From assembly GCA_036267475.1 (NCBI GenBank), contig DATAVZ010000098.1, positions 4,974-68,973 of the forward strand: 64,000 nt of DNA, read 5' to 3'. This document shows, piece by piece, positions 47,696 to 58,073 of the stretch. The notes below the pieces were generated by a model. The model was not told where the DNA came from and searched no databases. It saw only the letters and a program-made list of their open reading frames with translations. A program made the position numbers and the translations under genes. How positions within the stretch are numbered: the stretch's first letter is position 1; every line of letters starts with the position of its first letter. The DNA comes from Terracidiphilus sp. Its GTDB lineage: Bacteria; Acidobacteriota; Terriglobia; Terriglobales; Acidobacteriaceae.

Positions 47696-49054
47696 ATGAG
47701 CGCTTATTGGCCAAGTCGGCGGGACTTCATAAAAACCGCCATCGCGAGTTCCTGCGTTCCTTTCCTTTCAAACGTGGCGTGGGCAGAAACCGCAGAAGAT
47801 GAGCGAATCCGGTGGTATCGGGATGCGAAGTTCGGAATGTTCATGCACTGGGGCCCTTATTCGCTGGCGAGCGTTGAGGCTTCGTGGCCGATTATGCGGC
47901 CCACACCGGGCGGAATCACGCAGGCCGAATACGAGGCGCTGCCGCAGCGGTTTAATCCCACTCTCTTCGATCCGGAAGCCTTTGTCGACCTGGCGCGTTC
48001 GGCCGGCCAGAAATATATGGTCTTCACCACCAAGCACCATGATGGCTTTTGCATGTTCGACTCGCAATACACCAGTTACAAGATTACGAACGCGCCCTAC
48101 GGCAAGGACATTGTCAAGCAGCTATCAGACGCTTGCCTGAAAGATGGAATGCCGCTGGGCTTCTACTACTCGCCGCCCGACATGCACAACCCCAACTTTC
48201 GCGACACCAGCAAGCCGGCAAGCGAGAACTGGCATGGGCAGCCTGAGCGCCCCGAGTGGCCGCTCTATCTGCAATATTTGAAGTTGCAGGTAACCGAACT
48301 GCTCACGCGCTATGGGCCGGCGGCGCTGGTATGGTTCGATGGACTCAACGATCAGGCGAAATACGATGGCGTGGATGTGGTGAACATGATTCATCGCCTT
48401 CAGCCGGCGACGCTCGTGAACGATCGCATCGGAGTGCCCGGAGATTTTGAGACGCCCGAGCAGTTCATTCCCAAGGCGATTCCGACCATGGGAGTACACA
48501 TATCCGGGACCAATGCCGAGGCTTCGGAGCAGCTCAAGAACACGGTTCCCGCAGCGCAGGACTTTCGCCTGTGGGAGACCTGCATGACCATCAACCACAC
48601 CTGGGCTTATAACAAGAACGACCATGACTTCAAATCGTCGCAAACTCTGATCAGAAGCCTGGTGGAAGTCGCCAGCCGCGGCGGAAATTTTCTGCTGAAT
48701 GTAGGGCCTGAGCCAACCGGACAGATTCAGCCGGAATTTCAGCAGCGCCTGCGCGCAATCGGAGACTGGCTGAGGCTGAATGGGGACTCTATCTACGGGT
48801 CCACATACGGACCCATTCAGGGCGTGTCGAGCCTGCGCACAACGGCAAAAGACAAGTCAGTCTATGTGCATCTGTTCGATTGGAATGGAACGTCCTGCGA
48901 ACTCCCCGATTTCAACACTAAGCTGATTTCAGCCCGATTGCTCGCCAACGGAAGACCGCTTACCTTTCGTCAGGATGAGGCAGGTCTGCGCATCGACGTT
49001 CCCGCCCAGGCTCCCGATCCAAATGTAAGCGTGATCGCGCTGGAAACGTATTAG
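47696..49054 (+). CDS. Tat-exported alpha-L-fucosidase (GH29)
   Basis: SRRDFI; WYRDAKFGMFMHWGPYS, FTTKHHDGFCMF, LVWFDG, WETCMT, RGGNFLLNVGP. Confidence 0.93.
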   Translation: MSAYWPSRRDFIKTAIASSCVPFLSNVAWAETAEDERIRWYRDAKFGMFMHWGPYSLASVEASWPIMRPTPGGITQAEYEALPQRFNPTLFDPEAFVDLARSAGQKYMVFTTKHHDGFCMFDSQYTSYKITNAPYGKDIVKQLSDACLKDGMPLGFYYSPPDMHNPNFRDTSKPASENWHGQPERPEWPLYLQYLKLQVTELLTRYGPAALVWFDGLNDQAKYDGVDVVNMIHRLQPATLVNDRIGVPGDFETPEQFIPKAIPTMGVHISGTNAEASEQLKNTVPAAQDFRLWETCMTINHTWAYNKNDHDFKSSQTLIRSLVEVASRGGNFLLNVGPEPTGQIQPEFQQRLRAIGDWLRLNGDSIYGSTYGPIQGVSSLRTTAKDKSVYVHLFDWNGTSCELPDFNTKLISARLLANGRPLTFRQDEAGLRIDVPAQAPDPNVSVIALETY

Positions 49055-49077
49055 ATGGAGACTTATTAGCCGGGAAC

Positions 49078-49614
49078 TTAAGAGTCGGACTCGGTCTCGC
49101 CGGCGCGAAACTTCTCCGCATCGCGATAAGTGACCGTGAGCAGATGTTCGCAATACAGAACCAGCTCGCCCTCGTCTTTGAAGACCTCATAGGAGGCTTT
49201 GACCAGGCCCATGGCTGGGTATTTAGGCTTCTTTTCGAGATTGGTCCGGATCGTATAGATCGTGTCGCCGATAAAGACCGGCCGGATGAAGCGAAGCCGG
49301 TCGTAGCCGTAGCTGAAGGAGTTGACGCAGTTCGTCGCTACCAGTCCGAGGCCCATGCTGAACACCATGGCGCCGGCCACAAGCCGCCGGCCGAAGACAC
49401 CATCTGCCTTCGCAAAAATCTCATCGGCGACATAGGGATGCATGTCAAGCACAAGCGCATTGAATTGCATGCACTCGCCCTCTGAAATGGTTCGTCGAAT
49501 CGAGCGGATGCGATGACCGACCTCGAAGTCCTCGTAGAACCAGTTTTCTGCATTCCACACCGGTATGTTGCGGTGGGCGGCCGGATCGGGATTCGGATTC
49601 TGAAAGCGACTCAC
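49078..49614 (-). CDS. MaoC-family hot-dog dehydratase
   Basis: [37 protein letters not shown]; start uncertain (GTG assumed). Confidence 0.85.
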   Translation of the reverse strand: MSRFQNPNPDPAAHRNIPVWNAENWFYEDFEVGHRIRSIRRTISEGECMQFNALVLDMHPYVADEIFAKADGVFGRRLVAGAMVFSMGLGLVATNCVNSFSYGYDRLRFIRPVFIGDTIYTIRTNLEKKPKYPAMGLVKASYEVFKDEGELVLYCEHLLTVTYRDAEKFRAGETESDS

Positions 49615-49858
49615 TTGTTCCGCCTGTTGCCGCCCGGCTGAGGCGGCCCTTTCTGCAAGCCGGTATTTTGAGGGTAGATGTGCCTTTTTTATCCCGGCTG
49701 TCACACAACTTGTGTCCGCCGGGTTTGATTTACCGCCCTTGTCCGCGCGCGCGAAAAATCCAGACCGGCGCTAGCATAACAGCAAAAGCATAACATTGTG
49801 TTGCATCTGGAGCCTCTTCTATGCAAAACTTTTTTTCTTGAAGGAGAAAGCTGTCCGG

Positions 49859-50926
49859 ATGAGTATTTCAGGCCTGCGTCTTCCGAAAGTTCCCCGGCCC
49901 ATTGTCATGATTGGCGCCGGAGGCATTGCCGGCGATGCGCACCTGCCTGCCTACCGCAAGGCCGGGTTCGAAGTGGCGAGTATCTTCGATTTGGACCGCG
50001 GCCGCGCCATGACCACGGCGGAGCGGTTCGGGATCCGTTCTACGCCGGAGAGTCTGCGCCAGGCGGTCGCCTCGGCGCCTCTCGATGCGGTGTTCGATAT
50101 TGCCACGCCTGCCGGCGCCTATCTGCGGATTCTGAGCGATCTGCCGGACGGGCGCGGGGTCCTGCTGCAAAAGCCGCTTGGGGAAAATCTGGACGAAGCC
50201 CGCAAGATTCGTGAGTTGTGCCGGGCTAAAAGATTGAAGGCCGCGGTCAACTTTCAGTTGCGCTACGCTCCTGCAATTCTGGCGGCCAAAGACATGATTG
50301 CCGCCGGCAGCATTGGGCAGTTGCATGACATGGAAGTCAGAGTAACCGTGTTCACTCCGTGGCATCTATGGACATTTCTGGAGTCGATTCCGCGAGTCGA
50401 AATTCTTTACCATTCAGTGCACTACATCGATCTGATCCGCTCCATACTTGGCGATCCGGTGAGCGTTTACGCCAAGACAGTGAAGCACCCGAAGATGGAA
50501 AAACTGGCTTCAACCCGGTCCAACATCATTCTCGATTACGGCGATACCATGCGCGCCAATATAACAACGAATCACGGACACGAGTTCGGCGTCCGTCACC
50601 AGGAATCCTACGTGAAGTGGGAAGGAACCGGCGGTGCGATCAAGACGCGACTGGGCTTACTGATGGACTATCCCCAGGGCGCGCCGGATGAGTTTGAATA
50701 CTGCATTCTCGATCCCGGGCGTGCCGCCGAGTGGAAGACGCGCGCCATCGACGGTACGTGGTTTCCCGATGCGTTCATCGGGCCCATGGCGGATCTGATG
50801 TGCTTTCTGGACGGTCTTAGCGATGAGTTGCCCACGTCGGTTGAGGATGCTTATAAAACCATGGCGATCGTAGAGGCCGCCTACCAGTCGAGCGTCTCCG
50901 GCGGAACCAGGATCGGTTATGACTGA
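49859..50926 (+). CDS. Gfo/Idh/MocA family oxidoreductase
   Basis: IGAGGIAGDAHLPAY, LLQKP, AVNFQLRY, HSVHYID. Confidence 0.9.
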   Translation: MSISGLRLPKVPRPIVMIGAGGIAGDAHLPAYRKAGFEVASIFDLDRGRAMTTAERFGIRSTPESLRQAVASAPLDAVFDIATPAGAYLRILSDLPDGRGVLLQKPLGENLDEARKIRELCRAKRLKAAVNFQLRYAPAILAAKDMIAAGSIGQLHDMEVRVTVFTPWHLWTFLESIPRVEILYHSVHYIDLIRSILGDPVSVYAKTVKHPKMEKLASTRSNIILDYGDTMRANITTNHGHEFGVRHQESYVKWEGTGGAIKTRLGLLMDYPQGAPDEFEYCILDPGRAAEWKTRAIDGTWFPDAFIGPMADLMCFLDGLSDELPTSVEDAYKTMAIVEAAYQSSVSGGTRIGYD

Positions 50927-52082
50927 GCTTAGAGGAATCACCTGGGATCACACCCGTGGTTATGTTCCACTCATCGCAACCGCGCAGCGGTTTGCAGAGC
51001 TGCATCCGGATATTTCCATCCAATGGCACAAGCGTTCGCTGAAGGAATTTGGCGATCTCGCGCTCGATCGACTCGGGCAGGAATTCGACCTGCTGGTCAT
51101 CGATCATCCCTTTGTGGGCATGGCGGCGGAGCGCAGGTTGCTGGCGCCGCTGGAGCCCTATATTTCCGCCGCGTTCCTGAAAGATCAGGCCCAGCACTCC
51201 GTGGGAAAGTCGAACGCGAGCTATCTGTATAACGGCAGTCAATGGGCGCTGGCGATTGATACCGCTGCTCCCATAAGTGGGTGGCGCTCCGATCTTCTCG
51301 CGAACGCCGGAGTCTCTGCGCCATCGACATGGTCCGAGCTGCTCACTCTGGCCCGCCGTGGACTGGTGGTGATTCCGGGCGTTCCGATCGACACGTTGAT
51401 GCACCTGTACATGCTGTGCATTGCCCTGGGCGAGGAGCCGTTCTCCAAACCCAATTGCTTTGCCTCGCACAGGGTCGCCATCGAAGCGCTCGAAATGTTG
51501 CGCGAACTGGCGGGGCTGGTCTCTGCTGAGTGCTCCCAATTCAATCCGATCAAGGTGTGGGAGTTGCTGGCCGTTAGTGAGAGCGTAGCCTACTGCCCCT
51601 TTGCCTACGGCTATTCCAACTACTCACGTGATGGCTACGCGAAGCAATGGCTCGAGGTCGGTGGCGTGATTTCATTTGACGGGCGCGCGCGCTTCCGCAC
51701 AACGCTGGGCGGCGCCGGACTCGCAATTTCCTCGCATTGCCGTCACATCGAGAGCGCCGCGGCGTACTGCCGGTACGTTGCGGGCGCTGAATGTCAGAGT
51801 CATCTCTACTTCGATTCGGGCGGACAGCCCGGACATCGCTCCGCATGGAGCAATGTGGAAGTGAATCGAAGAAGTCATAACTTTTTCCGCAATACCCTGC
51901 AAACTCTGGATGAAGCCTGGCTTCGCCCACGCTGGAGCGGCTACCACGATCTCCAGAACAAGGCCGCAAAAGTGGTTCACCAATGTGTGTGGGGAAAACA
52001 GGACCCCGGCGACGTTGTGTCCACGTTGAATCGGCTGGCTGGCGAAGTCGAACACAGAGATGTCATGGAGGAGCGCGCATGA
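50919..52082 (+). CDS. Solute-binding-protein-fold protein without a signal peptide
   Basis: LRGITWDHTRG, DLLVIDHP, LGGAGLAIS; start overlaps the upstream stop (ATGACTGA); no hydrophobic N-terminus. Confidence 0.8.
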   Translation: MTELRGITWDHTRGYVPLIATAQRFAELHPDISIQWHKRSLKEFGDLALDRLGQEFDLLVIDHPFVGMAAERRLLAPLEPYISAAFLKDQAQHSVGKSNASYLYNGSQWALAIDTAAPISGWRSDLLANAGVSAPSTWSELLTLARRGLVVIPGVPIDTLMHLYMLCIALGEEPFSKPNCFASHRVAIEALEMLRELAGLVSAECSQFNPIKVWELLAVSESVAYCPFAYGYSNYSRDGYAKQWLEVGGVISFDGRARFRTTLGGAGLAISSHCRHIESAAAYCRYVAGAECQSHLYFDSGGQPGHRSAWSNVEVNRRSHNFFRNTLQTLDEAWLRPRWSGYHDLQNKAAKVVHQCVWGKQDPGDVVSTLNRLAGEVEHRDVMEERA

Positions 52083-53260
52083 AACCCCTTGAAGGGCTGC
52101 TGGTGCTGGATTTCAGCCAGTTTCTTGCCGGCCCCGCAGCCGCATTGCGCTTAGCCGATCTGGGCGCTCGTGTCATCAAGGTCGAGCGGCCAGGCAAGGG
52201 CGACCTGTGCCGTCAACTGTACATCACCAACCTCGAGATTGAAGGCGATAGCACACTCTTCCATTCCATCAATCGCAATAAGCAAAGCCTGGCCGTGGAT
52301 CTGAAGAAAGATGAGGATCGCGAGCTGGTTCGCAAACTCATATCCCGCGCCGACGTGTTGATTCAGAATTTTCGGCCAGGCATCATGCAGCGTCTGGCTT
52401 TCGATTACGAATCTGTGCGTGCTTACAACCCGCGCATTGTGTACGGAGAAGTGAGCGGCTACGGCAGCGAGGGACCCTGGCGGAACAAGCCGGGGCAGGA
52501 TCTGCTGGCGCAGTCGCTGTCTGGGCTGGCATGGCTCAACGGCAATGCGGATCAGCCGCCGGTGCCGTTCGGGCTCTCGGTTGTCGATCTGTTTGCGGGC
52601 GCTCATCTGGTGCAGGGAATTCTTGCCTGTCTGGTGCGGCGGTCCGTATCGGGCAACGGAGGCCATGTGGAGGTGAGCCTTCTTGAGTCCATTCTGGATG
52701 CGCAGTTTGAGCTTCTCACCACGTATTTGAACGACGGCGGAAAGCCGCCGCAGAGAAGCGCCGTGAACAATGCGAATGCATATCTTGGCGCCCCGTATGG
52801 CCTGTACGAAACAAAGGATGGTTATATCTCGCTGGCTATGGGATCTGTAACCCAGCTCGGCGATCTGCTCGGCTGTAAAGCTCTCTTGCAGTTCTCTGAT
52901 CCCAAAAGCTGGTTTGCAGAGCGCGATACGATCAAGGCAATCCTGGCAGAGCACTTGAAGACGCAAGAGACGGAGCACTGGCTCAAAATTCTCGAGCCGG
53001 AAGATATCTGGTGCTCGGATGTCTTCACCTGGTCCCGACTGGTGCAGCATGAAGGTTTCCAGGCGCTCGACATGATTCAGGAGGTGGTGTGCCACGGCGG
53101 CTCGCAGTTGAAAACCACCCGCTGCCCGATACGTATCGATGGAGAGCTCTACAAGTCATCGCAGGCCGCACCCAGGGTTGGACAACACAGCAGTCAGATC
53201 ATCGAAGAATTTTCTTTGAAGGCAGAAGCATCCGCGGTAGAGAGAAAATTCGATGAATAA
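52079..53260 (+). CDS. CaiB/BaiF class III CoA-transferase
   Basis: PLEGLLVLDFSQFLAGP, ADLGARVIKVERP, NRNKQSLAVDLK, DVLIQNFRPG, PGQDLLAQ. Confidence 0.93.
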   Translation: MKPLEGLLVLDFSQFLAGPAAALRLADLGARVIKVERPGKGDLCRQLYITNLEIEGDSTLFHSINRNKQSLAVDLKKDEDRELVRKLISRADVLIQNFRPGIMQRLAFDYESVRAYNPRIVYGEVSGYGSEGPWRNKPGQDLLAQSLSGLAWLNGNADQPPVPFGLSVVDLFAGAHLVQGILACLVRRSVSGNGGHVEVSLLESILDAQFELLTTYLNDGGKPPQRSAVNNANAYLGAPYGLYETKDGYISLAMGSVTQLGDLLGCKALLQFSDPKSWFAERDTIKAILAEHLKTQETEHWLKILEPEDIWCSDVFTWSRLVQHEGFQALDMIQEVVCHGGSQLKTTRCPIRIDGELYKSSQAAPRVGQHSSQIIEEFSLKAEASAVERKFDE

Positions 53261-54512
53261 ATCCGGGGAAAATCGCGAGCAGACACTTCGAATTGCCGTT
53301 CGCAAGTTTGGACCGTTCGAGACTGCGCTGCAGAAGCAGTGGAAATGCTTCGAACAGCGGATGCGGACAGGCTTCGAACTCGATGCAATCTCTCTCGATC
53401 TCGAGCCTCTGCATCGATTGCTGTTCGAACAGCAGGACCTGGATCGCGGCGAGTGCGATCTCGCGTTGGTGAGTACAGACTGGCTCGCGGAAGCGAATGA
53501 ATCCGGCGGCTTGATGGACTTGAGCCCGCTGCTCGCGTCTGCGCCGCCAGAGGGATATCCAGATGCATGGTCTGAATCGCTGCTGCGCCTGCAAAGCTTC
53601 GACGGCCGTGTTCTCGGATTGCCTTATCACGATGGGCCGGAGTGCCTCATCTATCGCCGGGATCTGTTCGATTGCGCCGCGGAGCAGCAACGATTTTTGG
53701 AGCAGTATAGAGAGCCGCTGCATGTGCCTCGCACCTGGAGTGAGTTTCGGCGAGTCGCACGTTTCTTCACCCGTCCCGACGAAGGGCTCTACGGGACTGT
53801 GTTCGCAGGCTATCCGGATGGACACAACACGGTCTACGACTTTTGTCTCCAGTTATGGAGCCGCGGCGGCCAACTCTTCGACGCGGAGCGGCGCATATTG
53901 CTCGATACTGCAGAGGCGACCGCAGCGCTCGAATATTATCGATCGCTGTGTCATGACGCGGGCGCAATTCATCCCGACTATGCTTCGTTTGACTCGGTCA
54001 AGTCGGGCCTGGCGTTTGCCGCCGGTGAAATTGCGATGATGGTCAACTGGTTTGGCTTCGCGGCGATGTCGGAAACGATTGACGAGTCGCAGGTGAAAGG
54101 CAAGACAGCAATCGCTGCCATTCCATCGGACCAGGGCCATGGCATTTCCTTGAATGCGTATTGGATCATCGGCATCGTAGCGGGTACCCCGCATGCCGAT
54201 GTGGCCTGGAAATTCCTGTGTCACTGCGCCAGCGCGGAGATGGATAAGTTGCTGACGCTTGAGGGCGGAATCGGCTGCCGAAAATCGACTTGGTCCGATG
54301 AACAGGTAAACGCGAGCATTCCTTATTACCATCGGCTTGCGCAGCTTCATGAAAATGCCCGCGAGCTTCCTCGCATAAGTAATTGGTCGAAGTTAGCCGC
54401 CGTAGTGGATAGGATGGTCCTCGATGTTATGCAGACCAACGATCCGGTCGCCCACATTACCAAGCGAGCGCAGGAGCAGGCGTCAAAGGTGCAGTTGGAG
54501 GGCGTCCTTTAG
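53253..54512 (+). CDS. Second solute-binding-protein-fold (sugar-binding family 1-like) protein without a signal peptide
   Basis: DLSPLL, FDGRVLGLPY, LIYRRDLF, PRTWSEF, FAAGEIAMMVNW; start overlaps the upstream stop. Confidence 0.8.
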   Translation: MNKSGENREQTLRIAVRKFGPFETALQKQWKCFEQRMRTGFELDAISLDLEPLHRLLFEQQDLDRGECDLALVSTDWLAEANESGGLMDLSPLLASAPPEGYPDAWSESLLRLQSFDGRVLGLPYHDGPECLIYRRDLFDCAAEQQRFLEQYREPLHVPRTWSEFRRVARFFTRPDEGLYGTVFAGYPDGHNTVYDFCLQLWSRGGQLFDAERRILLDTAEATAALEYYRSLCHDAGAIHPDYASFDSVKSGLAFAAGEIAMMVNWFGFAAMSETIDESQVKGKTAIAAIPSDQGHGISLNAYWIIGIVAGTPHADVAWKFLCHCASAEMDKLLTLEGGIGCRKSTWSDEQVNASIPYYHRLAQLHENARELPRISNWSKLAAVVDRMVLDVMQTNDPVAHITKRAQEQASKVQLEGVL

Positions 54513-54600
54513 GAAATCTCTGTATAAGTCGACGACTTGAAGGGTACGGCTTCGGCCAGTACAGGAAGCGCAAACGAATTGAGCGAGCTATAGGCGAACC

Positions 54601-55407
54601 ATGACCGAAAGCGACAGATCGAAGAAAGCGAATAAGAAATCTCGACGCGATTACGCGGTACCGGCGCTGGATAAGGGCTTGGACGTTCTCGAGCAACTAG
54701 CCGCGGCCGCATCCCCGCTATCGCTTAGCGAGATTGCGCGGGCCATTGGACAGACGCCGAGCGCCGTCTTTCGTTTGTTGAACCGGCTGGAGGGGCGCTC
54801 CTATGTGACAAAGGAGCCGATGTCCGGGCAATATAGCTTGTCTCTCAAGCTACTGGAATTGGCGCATACTTATCCCCCGGTGGAGCATTTGACTCGCGTT
54901 TCCGGCCGTCTCATGCGGGAGTTAGCCGATTCGGTTCGTGAGTCTGTACACCTGAGCGTTCTCGATCACGGACGTCTTGTGGTGCTGATGGATGTTGCCA
55001 GCCCACTGCGCGTGCGCTTCGCTCACCAGGTAGGGAGCCAGTTTTCGCCGCTAAGGACGAACTCCGGCCGACTGCTGCTCGCCTATCTGAATCCGGAGGA
55101 GCTTGTGAAATATCTTTCCGAAGATCCGGACTATGCGGCGCTTTCCAGGACCAGGCAGGACTCCGTTCACGAGCAGTTGAAAAACATACGACGGAACCGC
55201 TACGCTGTTTCCTTCAGCGAGGAGAGGGTGGGCATGAAGGATATCGCCGTGCTGGTTGGGAATCCCGCGGTAGGCTCTACGGCAGCGCTCGCAATTGCGT
55301 GCCTCGGAGGCCTCAGAGACAAGGCGGAGGTGAGCAGGTTAGCTGCCGCGCTGCAGGAGTGCGCGGCCAGAATCACGGCATCCATGGGGTTAAGTTATGA
55401 GCGCTAG
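54601..55407 (+). CDS. IclR family transcriptional regulator
   Basis: [47 protein letters not shown]. Confidence 0.93.
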   Translation: MTESDRSKKANKKSRRDYAVPALDKGLDVLEQLAAAASPLSLSEIARAIGQTPSAVFRLLNRLEGRSYVTKEPMSGQYSLSLKLLELAHTYPPVEHLTRVSGRLMRELADSVRESVHLSVLDHGRLVVLMDVASPLRVRFAHQVGSQFSPLRTNSGRLLLAYLNPEELVKYLSEDPDYAALSRTRQDSVHEQLKNIRRNRYAVSFSEERVGMKDIAVLVGNPAVGSTAALAIACLGGLRDKAEVSRLAAALQECAARITASMGLSYER

Positions 55408-55846
55408 CAGATACTTTGAAGACTATGAGATTGGCGCGTCCCGCGAGACTCTTGGTAGAACGATTACCGAGGCCGACATCGTTCTGCACGCAGGACAGAC
55501 AGGGGACTTTTATCCGCACCACATGGATGCCGAGTGGTGCAAGACGCAGCCTTTCGGCCAGCGGATTGCGCACGGCACATTGATCTTCAGCATTGCAGTT
55601 GGAATGAGTGCGGGAGAAGTGAACCCCGCCAGCTTCAGCTATGGATACGACCGGCTGCGCTTTATCAAGCCCGTGTTCATTGGAGACACTCTGCACACCA
55701 GGGTTACGATCAAGGAGAAAAAGGACGCACCCAAGTCGCCCCGGCACGGTATCGTGGTGGAGTTGTGCGAGGCAATCAATCAACAGCAGCAAGTTGTGCT
55801 GGCGTGTGAACATTTGCTGATGGTCACACGCCGCGGAAGTGAATGA
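55397..55846 (+). CDS. MaoC-family dehydratase (second copy)
   Basis: [48 protein letters not shown]. Confidence 0.9.
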   Translation: MSASRYFEDYEIGASRETLGRTITEADIVLHAGQTGDFYPHHMDAEWCKTQPFGQRIAHGTLIFSIAVGMSAGEVNPASFSYGYDRLRFIKPVFIGDTLHTRVTIKEKKDAPKSPRHGIVVELCEAINQQQQVVLACEHLLMVTRRGSE

Positions 55847-55888
55847 TTCGCGAAGGCGCGGTACGATTCCGCGCCGACGCGCAGGCTC

Positions 55889-57691
55889 TCAAGCCAGAGT
55901 TACCTTCAGAGCGGCCGCATAGTCGCTCGCCGGACGATATCGATCCGGCAACTCTACCCGAAGGCTATCCGCCGACTGCTTCCACTTCAGCTTTTGCTCA
56001 GTGCCTATCAGTTCCACATGAGCAATCTTTCCGGGATTCGTAGCAGCTGACGTCCCCAATGCGCGCACAACGACTGGTTTTGTCGGCCATCCCAGCACCA
56101 GCGCATACACCACCGTATTGGCTTTGTTGCGTGTGAATCGAACATCTTCCGAACCCAACGCGGAGATGCTGTTGCCCTGAAACGACCCGCTCTTTACCGC
56201 GTGTGGTCCTTCGCCATAAATTTTCCAGGGCCGGGTCTCGTAGATCGCTTCGCCATTCACCTGCATCCACGCCGTCACGCCATCCAGAACCGCTATCTCC
56301 TTGCTGTCGATGGTCCCATCCGGTTTTCCCGGCACATTCAGAATGAAAGTGCCATTCTTGCTCACCGTGTCGATCATCCAGTGAATCACATCGCGCGGCG
56401 GAAGGTATCCGCCATATTCGCCGTCTTTTTCATAGAGGGCGCGATTGTAATGCCACTCGCCGATGCAGGTTTCCGACTGCCATGCATACTCCATGATCTT
56501 GTCGGTCAGCCCCCGCTCGTAGTCAGCGATCAGAGTCTTGGCCAATCGGTCCGGAACCTGCTTGCCATTCAGAACCGCCTCCATCTTGCCGCCATGGGTC
56601 GCGAGATTGTGATTGTAGAAGTACGCGGCGATATTCATTCCGGCCCATCCCAGTGGAACCAGAGAATTATCGAAGTAGAGAAGGTCGGGATTGTGCTGAT
56701 CGATCAGATCGCGCGTGCGATCGTAGAAGTTCTTGACATACGATGTATCCGGCAACGCATCTTTCGGATGTTTCACTCCGTAGACTCGATGCGGATCCAG
56801 CCCCTGCCACCATTGGTCCTTGCCTTCGTTCATCCTTAAATCGCCATCGTAAGGAACGCCCGAGTACGGGCCGCTCGTATCGGCTCCGTGCGAGGGCTGG
56901 AACCACCACCAGTTTCTGGCCTGATGCACGGTCACGCCAAACCGCATGTCCTGCTTGCGCGCCGCCGCGGCCCATGTGCCCACCACGTCGCGATGCGGGC
57001 CGAGCGCAGCCGCGTTCCAGGGTTGATGCTTCGAGTCCCAGGTGTCGAAGCCGTCATGGTGATTGGCAAGCGCGATGAACAGTCTGGCGCCGGCCTTCTT
57101 ATAGCGGGAAATCAGTTCCTCGGGTTCCCAGTTCAGCAGCGTCCATTGCGGGCAAAGATCCTTGTAGCCAAATCGCGACTGCGGGCTATAGTGTTCGAGA
57201 TGGTATTTATAGTCCTTGGAGCCTTCCTGATACATCGCGCGGGCATACCAGTCCCCGGCTTCCGGTACGCATTGTGGGCTCCAGTGCGCCCAGATTCCAA
57301 ACTTCGCGTCGCGATACCACTCCGGGGCGTCATACTGCTGCATCGAATCCCAGGTGGGCTTGTAAGGTCCATCGCCGGCGAGATCGGGTATGGGCGAATT
57401 CATTGGAACCCCATCCCAGGAACCGCCCGGAACCGGCAGCGCCGGAGGCTCGCCCCACTCCGCTGGATGCCAGCTCGCATTGTCGAGCTTGATCTGTACG
57501 ATCTTGCCGTCCTTCAGCGCATAGAACATCCGTTCATCGGGCAGCTTGCCGCAGAATGCCGCATAATCTTCCACGAGTCGATTGAAGTCGGGCGGGAACG
57601 CCGATGATTCGCCCTGTGCGTGCGCACGGAGCGCCTGTGCAGTGGCCGTTGCCATAACAAGTTTGCAGAAATCCCTGCGTCGCAAGTGCAT
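55889..57691 (-). CDS. Tat-exported alpha-L-fucosidase (GH29)
   Basis: LRRRDF; WYRDAKFGIWAHW, NHHDGFDTW, LLYFD, VSKNGTFILNVP. Confidence 0.9.
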   Translation of the reverse strand: MHLRRRDFCKLVMATATAQALRAHAQGESSAFPPDFNRLVEDYAAFCGKLPDERMFYALKDGKIVQIKLDNASWHPAEWGEPPALPVPGGSWDGVPMNSPIPDLAGDGPYKPTWDSMQQYDAPEWYRDAKFGIWAHWSPQCVPEAGDWYARAMYQEGSKDYKYHLEHYSPQSRFGYKDLCPQWTLLNWEPEELISRYKKAGARLFIALANHHDGFDTWDSKHQPWNAAALGPHRDVVGTWAAAARKQDMRFGVTVHQARNWWWFQPSHGADTSGPYSGVPYDGDLRMNEGKDQWWQGLDPHRVYGVKHPKDALPDTSYVKNFYDRTRDLIDQHNPDLLYFDNSLVPLGWAGMNIAAYFYNHNLATHGGKMEAVLNGKQVPDRLAKTLIADYERGLTDKIMEYAWQSETCIGEWHYNRALYEKDGEYGGYLPPRDVIHWMIDTVSKNGTFILNVPGKPDGTIDSKEIAVLDGVTAWMQVNGEAIYETRPWKIYGEGPHAVKSGSFQGNSISALGSEDVRFTRNKANTVVYALVLGWPTKPVVVRALGTSAATNPGKIAHVELIGTEQKLKWKQSADSLRVELPDRYRPASDYAAALKVTLA

Positions 57692-58073
57692 ACCCTCTCA
57701 ATCTCTGGATCTGTTGCCGATGTTGTTCTGTTGCCGAGGTTGTTTTGTTGCCGTGATCGAAGCGTCTTCTGCGCAATTCCGCGCCTGAATCAACTATGTG
57801 GACGAACTATATTGAATGCGCCGAAGGATTGTCAACGATACAGTTATCGATATCTAAAGGGCCGCGTGCCGATCAGGATGCCTCGACAGCGGCGACCGCA
57901 GGGTCTTGCTTGTCGTGACCGATGGGCTCGACGTGATCAATGCGATCGACGCGATCAAACCGGCAATCGTGTTCTCCAAACAGGCGCGGGATGTACGCCA
58001 GGCGAGTGCGTGCCACGATTCACTCAGCAGAATTTTTTGTGAGCACGGCGCCCCGCTTGTTAGATTCACAAGC

